DNA of 64,000 nucleotides from an uncultured delta proteobacterium (GTDB lineage Bacteria; Myxococcota; Myxococcia; Myxococcales; Myxococcaceae): contig CAVYSY010000005.1 in NCBI GenBank assembly GCA_963771175.1, forward strand, positions 1 to 64,000, read 5' to 3'. This document shows positions 61,169-64,000 of the stretch, piece by piece; position 1 is the first letter of the stretch, and each line of letters opens with the position of its first letter. Under the pieces are notes generated by a model, which was not told where the DNA came from, ran no database searches, and was given only the letters and a program-made list of their open reading frames with translations. Made by a program: the position numbers and the translations under genes.

Positions 61169-61813
61169 GTGAGCTCGGGCAAGTCCGACCGGGGCAGTGA
61201 GACACGCGAGCTGCTGCTCGTCACCGCGGAGCGGCTGTTCGCCGAGCATGGGGTGGAGGCGGTCTCCAACCGCCAGGTGAGTGAGGCAGCGGGCCAGTCG
61301 AACAACTTCGCGGTCGGCTACCACTTCGGCTCCAAGGAAGACCTCGTGTTGGCGATCGTGCGCCGGCACTCCGAGTCGGTAGAGCGGCGGCGTACCGAGA
61401 TGCTCGCGGAGATCACCGGCTCGCCCGACCTGCGCGACTGGGCGTCCTGCCTCGTGCGGCCGCAAACCGAGCACCTCGCCTCGCTGGGCAGCCCCACCTG
61501 GTACGCGCGGTTCATCGCGCAGGTGACGAGCAATCCCTCCTTTCGAGAGCTCGTGGTCGAGGAGTCGCTCTCCACGCCGTCGATGCAGCAGACCACCGAA
61601 GGCATCTTCCGGCTGGTCCCGCGTCTTCCCGAGGAGGTGCGGCAGGAGCGTGGCTACATGTGCCGGTTGATGATCGTTCACATGTGCGCCGAGCGGGAAC
61701 GCGCGCTGCAGGAGGGCACCGCGATGCCACGCTCGACGTGGGAGTCCACCGCGGCCGGACTGGTCGACGCGCTCGTCGGATTGTGGCTGGCCCCTGTCAC
61801 CGCCCGGCGGTGA
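61169..61813 (+). CDS. TetR/AcrR-family transcriptional regulator
   Basis: TRELLLVTAERLFAEHGVEAVSNRQVSEAAGQ...YHFGSKEDL. Confidence 0.93.
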   Translation: MSSGKSDRGSETRELLLVTAERLFAEHGVEAVSNRQVSEAAGQSNNFAVGYHFGSKEDLVLAIVRRHSESVERRRTEMLAEITGSPDLRDWASCLVRPQTEHLASLGSPTWYARFIAQVTSNPSFRELVVEESLSTPSMQQTTEGIFRLVPRLPEEVRQERGYMCRLMIVHMCAERERALQEGTAMPRSTWESTAAGLVDALVGLWLAPVTARR

Positions 61814-61860
61814 CCTCAAGCTGTCCAGACGTCGAAAACAACCGAAAAGGATGTGTGCTG

Positions 61861-62580
61861 ATGAATGCGACTCATGCCAGCCAGCCCCCCGGGATCGACC
61901 CCAAGCTCGTCCTGCCCGACAACCCCTCCCTGTTCACCCGCCTGCGGGTGGCACTCAGGGCCATTAAATTGGTCAGAGGCAACGAGGGGAATCCCGTCTA
62001 TGGCCAGGCGATCCAAGCCAGCCTGGACCTCGAGGTCTACGCATCGCTCGCCCAGCGGCTCAAGCTCACCGAGGACGGGCGCCGCATGCTGTCCGAGCGC
62101 CCTTCTCTCGATGCCAGGGATCTGGATCTGGGTGCGCTCGAGCGCCTGCCCGAGGGAACGCTCGGCCATGCGTACGCGCGCTACTACAGTGACAACAAGA
62201 TCTCGCCCTTCGAGACGACGCTCGAGATCAAGAACGACGTCGACTTCATCTCCAAGCGCTACCGAGAGACGCATGACCTGTTGCACTCGCTGACGGGCTA
62301 CGGCACGGACGTGGTGGGCGAGATGGAACTGCAGGCGTGGGCCCTGGGCAATCTGGGTATCCGGACCGCGGCGCTCATCCTGCTGGTCGGCACGCTCGGA
62401 CAATTCAAGGACCCGCAGTCCGGAGTCGCGAGGTCCGAGTACCTGCGGCGGGTGAGGGCCGCGTACCACCGTGGCCGCGCGTCCCCGCTGTTCCTCGACT
62501 TCTGGTTCGAGAACCACTGGGAGACCCCCATGGCCACGCTGCGCGAGCGGCTGTTCGCCCCCGCGGAGCGGATGAACTGA
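61861..62580 (+). CDS. Coq4-family protein
   Basis: LERLPEGTLGHAY, RYRETHDLLHSLTGY...GE (HDxxH-x11-E metal motif). Confidence 0.88.
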   Translation: MNATHASQPPGIDPKLVLPDNPSLFTRLRVALRAIKLVRGNEGNPVYGQAIQASLDLEVYASLAQRLKLTEDGRRMLSERPSLDARDLDLGALERLPEGTLGHAYARYYSDNKISPFETTLEIKNDVDFISKRYRETHDLLHSLTGYGTDVVGEMELQAWALGNLGIRTAALILLVGTLGQFKDPQSGVARSEYLRRVRAAYHRGRASPLFLDFWFENHWETPMATLRERLFAPAERMN

Positions 62581-62602
62581 CTTGGACAGGAACGTCGTGG
62601 CA

Positions 62603-63847
62603 ATGGAAGAGCGCATCGTCATCGTGGGAGCCGGCCAGGCCGGTGGCGAGGTGGCCGCCGGCTTGCGAAGGCAGGGCTACAAGGGGCGCGTCCTCCTGCT
62701 GGGAGACGAGCCGCATCCGCCCTACCAGCGGCCTCCGCTCTCGAAGGGGTTCCTGCAGGGGAAGGTGGCGCTGACCGAGCTCTACCTCAAGCCGCTGGCG
62801 ACCTATGAGCACTTCGACATCGAGCTCGAGACCGGCACGCGCGTCGACGCCATCCACCGCTCCACGCGAGAGGTCTCCCTGGGGGATGGACGCCGGCTGG
62901 CCTACGACAAGCTCGTTCTGGCCACGGGAGGCCGGGCTCGTCCCTTGAGTCTTCCCGGACTGGAGGGGGCCCGACTCGAGAACCTGTTCGCCCTGCGCTC
63001 CATCTCCGACGTCGAGGCGATGCGCGCGAGGTTCGTCGCGGGCAATCGGTTGGTCATCATCGGTGGCGGCTACGTGGGGCTCGAGGTCGCGGCCGTGGCC
63101 GTGCAGCTCGGGCTGCATGTGACGCTGCTGGAGGCGGCGCCTCGCCTGCTCGCGCGGGTGACAGGTCCGGAGGTGTCCTCGTTCATCGAGCAGCTCCACC
63201 GCGAGCGGGGTGTGGAGTTCCGGCTCTCGTGCGAGGTGCGGGACCTGGAGCTCGACGAGGCACGACGCCAGGTGCGCGGGGTGAGCCTCGCGTGTCACGG
63301 CGTGCCAGAGCGGCTCGAGGCCGACCTGGTGCTGGTGGGAATCGGCCTCATCCCCAATACGGAGCTGGCCTCCGCGGCGGGCCTGGCCGTCGACAATGGC
63401 ATCGTCGTGGACGAGTACGCCTGTACGGCCGATCCGGCGATCCTCGCCATTGGAGACTGCGCGAATCAGCCCTGCGCCTACACGGGCGGACGCATCCGGC
63501 TCGAGTCCGTGCCCAATGCCATCGAGCATGCGCGCGTCGCGGCGGCCACCCTGATGGGCAAGCGGGAGCCCTATGCCGCCATTCCCTGGTTCTGGTCGGA
63601 CCAGTACGGCTTGAAGCTGCAGATGGTGGGGCTCTCCACCGGCTACGAGCAGTGCGTCACGCGAGGCCCCGTCGAGGGCAAGGGGTTCTCGGCCTACTAC
63701 CTCAAGGACAGACGGGTCATCGCCGCGGATGTCATCGGCCGCCCCGCGGAGTTCATGGCCGCGAAGCGACTGGTCTCGAGCCGGGCGGAGGTGGACGTCA
63801 CCCGCCTGGGCGACGCGGCCGTCCCGCTCACCAGCGTCGCCGCTTGA
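62603..63847 (+). CDS. Ferredoxin-NAD(P)+ reductase (putidaredoxin reductase-like)
   Basis: GAGQAG, PYQRPPLSK, GGGYVGLE, RLESVPNA, PWFWSDQY. Confidence 0.93.
   Translation: MEERIVIVGAGQAGGEVAAGLRRQGYKGRVLLLGDEPHPPYQRPPLSKGFLQGKVALTELYLKPLATYEHFDIELETGTRVDAIHRSTREVSLGDGRRLAYDKLVLATGGRARPLSLPGLEGARLENLFALRSISDVEAMRARFVAGNRLVIIGGGYVGLEVAAVAVQLGLHVTLLEAAPRLLARVTGPEVSSFIEQLHRERGVEFRLSCEVRDLELDEARRQVRGVSLACHGVPERLEADLVLVGIGLIPNTELASAAGLAVDNGIVVDEYACTADPAILAIGDCANQPCAYTGGRIRLESVPNAIEHARVAAATLMGKREPYAAIPWFWSDQYGLKLQMVGLSTGYEQCVTRGPVEGKGFSAYYLKDRRVIAADVIGRPAEFMAAKRLVSSRAEVDVTRLGDAAVPLTSVAA

Positions 63848-64000
<153 letters not shown>

Overview
GC-rich chromosomal window whose gene content points to a myxobacterium (Archangium/Cystobacter-like, by inference): a GYF_2/AgmX-type protein, a DUF2378-like protein, an ADYC protein, an M57-type protease, two Ser/Thr kinases and a SitA-style lipoprotein toxin. 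I can support about 52 protein-coding genes. I see no rRNA, tRNA, CRISPR array, transposase or integrase. Many genes carry single-base frameshifts, including normally important ones such as pdxA, malQ, topB and the RND pump. These look like read/assembly indels, so split genes are reported as one CDS. Main points: (1) a DNA topoisomerase III fused in frame to a full RecQ helicase, preceded by a 16/17 match to the myxobacterial LexA box; (2) an AT-richer two-gene cassette encoding a lipoprotein with a mirror-symmetric Cys motif and hydrophobic tail plus a small soluble partner, with a G19 tract and a second LexA-like box upstream, a candidate toxin-immunity pair; (3) a lipoprotein polymorphic nuclease toxin with its immunity gene; (4) a kinase-STAND NTPase-FGE receptor next to an ADYC pentapeptide-repeat lipoprotein; (5) a TetR-Coq4-ferredoxin reductase-ferredoxin cassette at the right edge. 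All family assignments come from reading motifs by eye; no database search was run.
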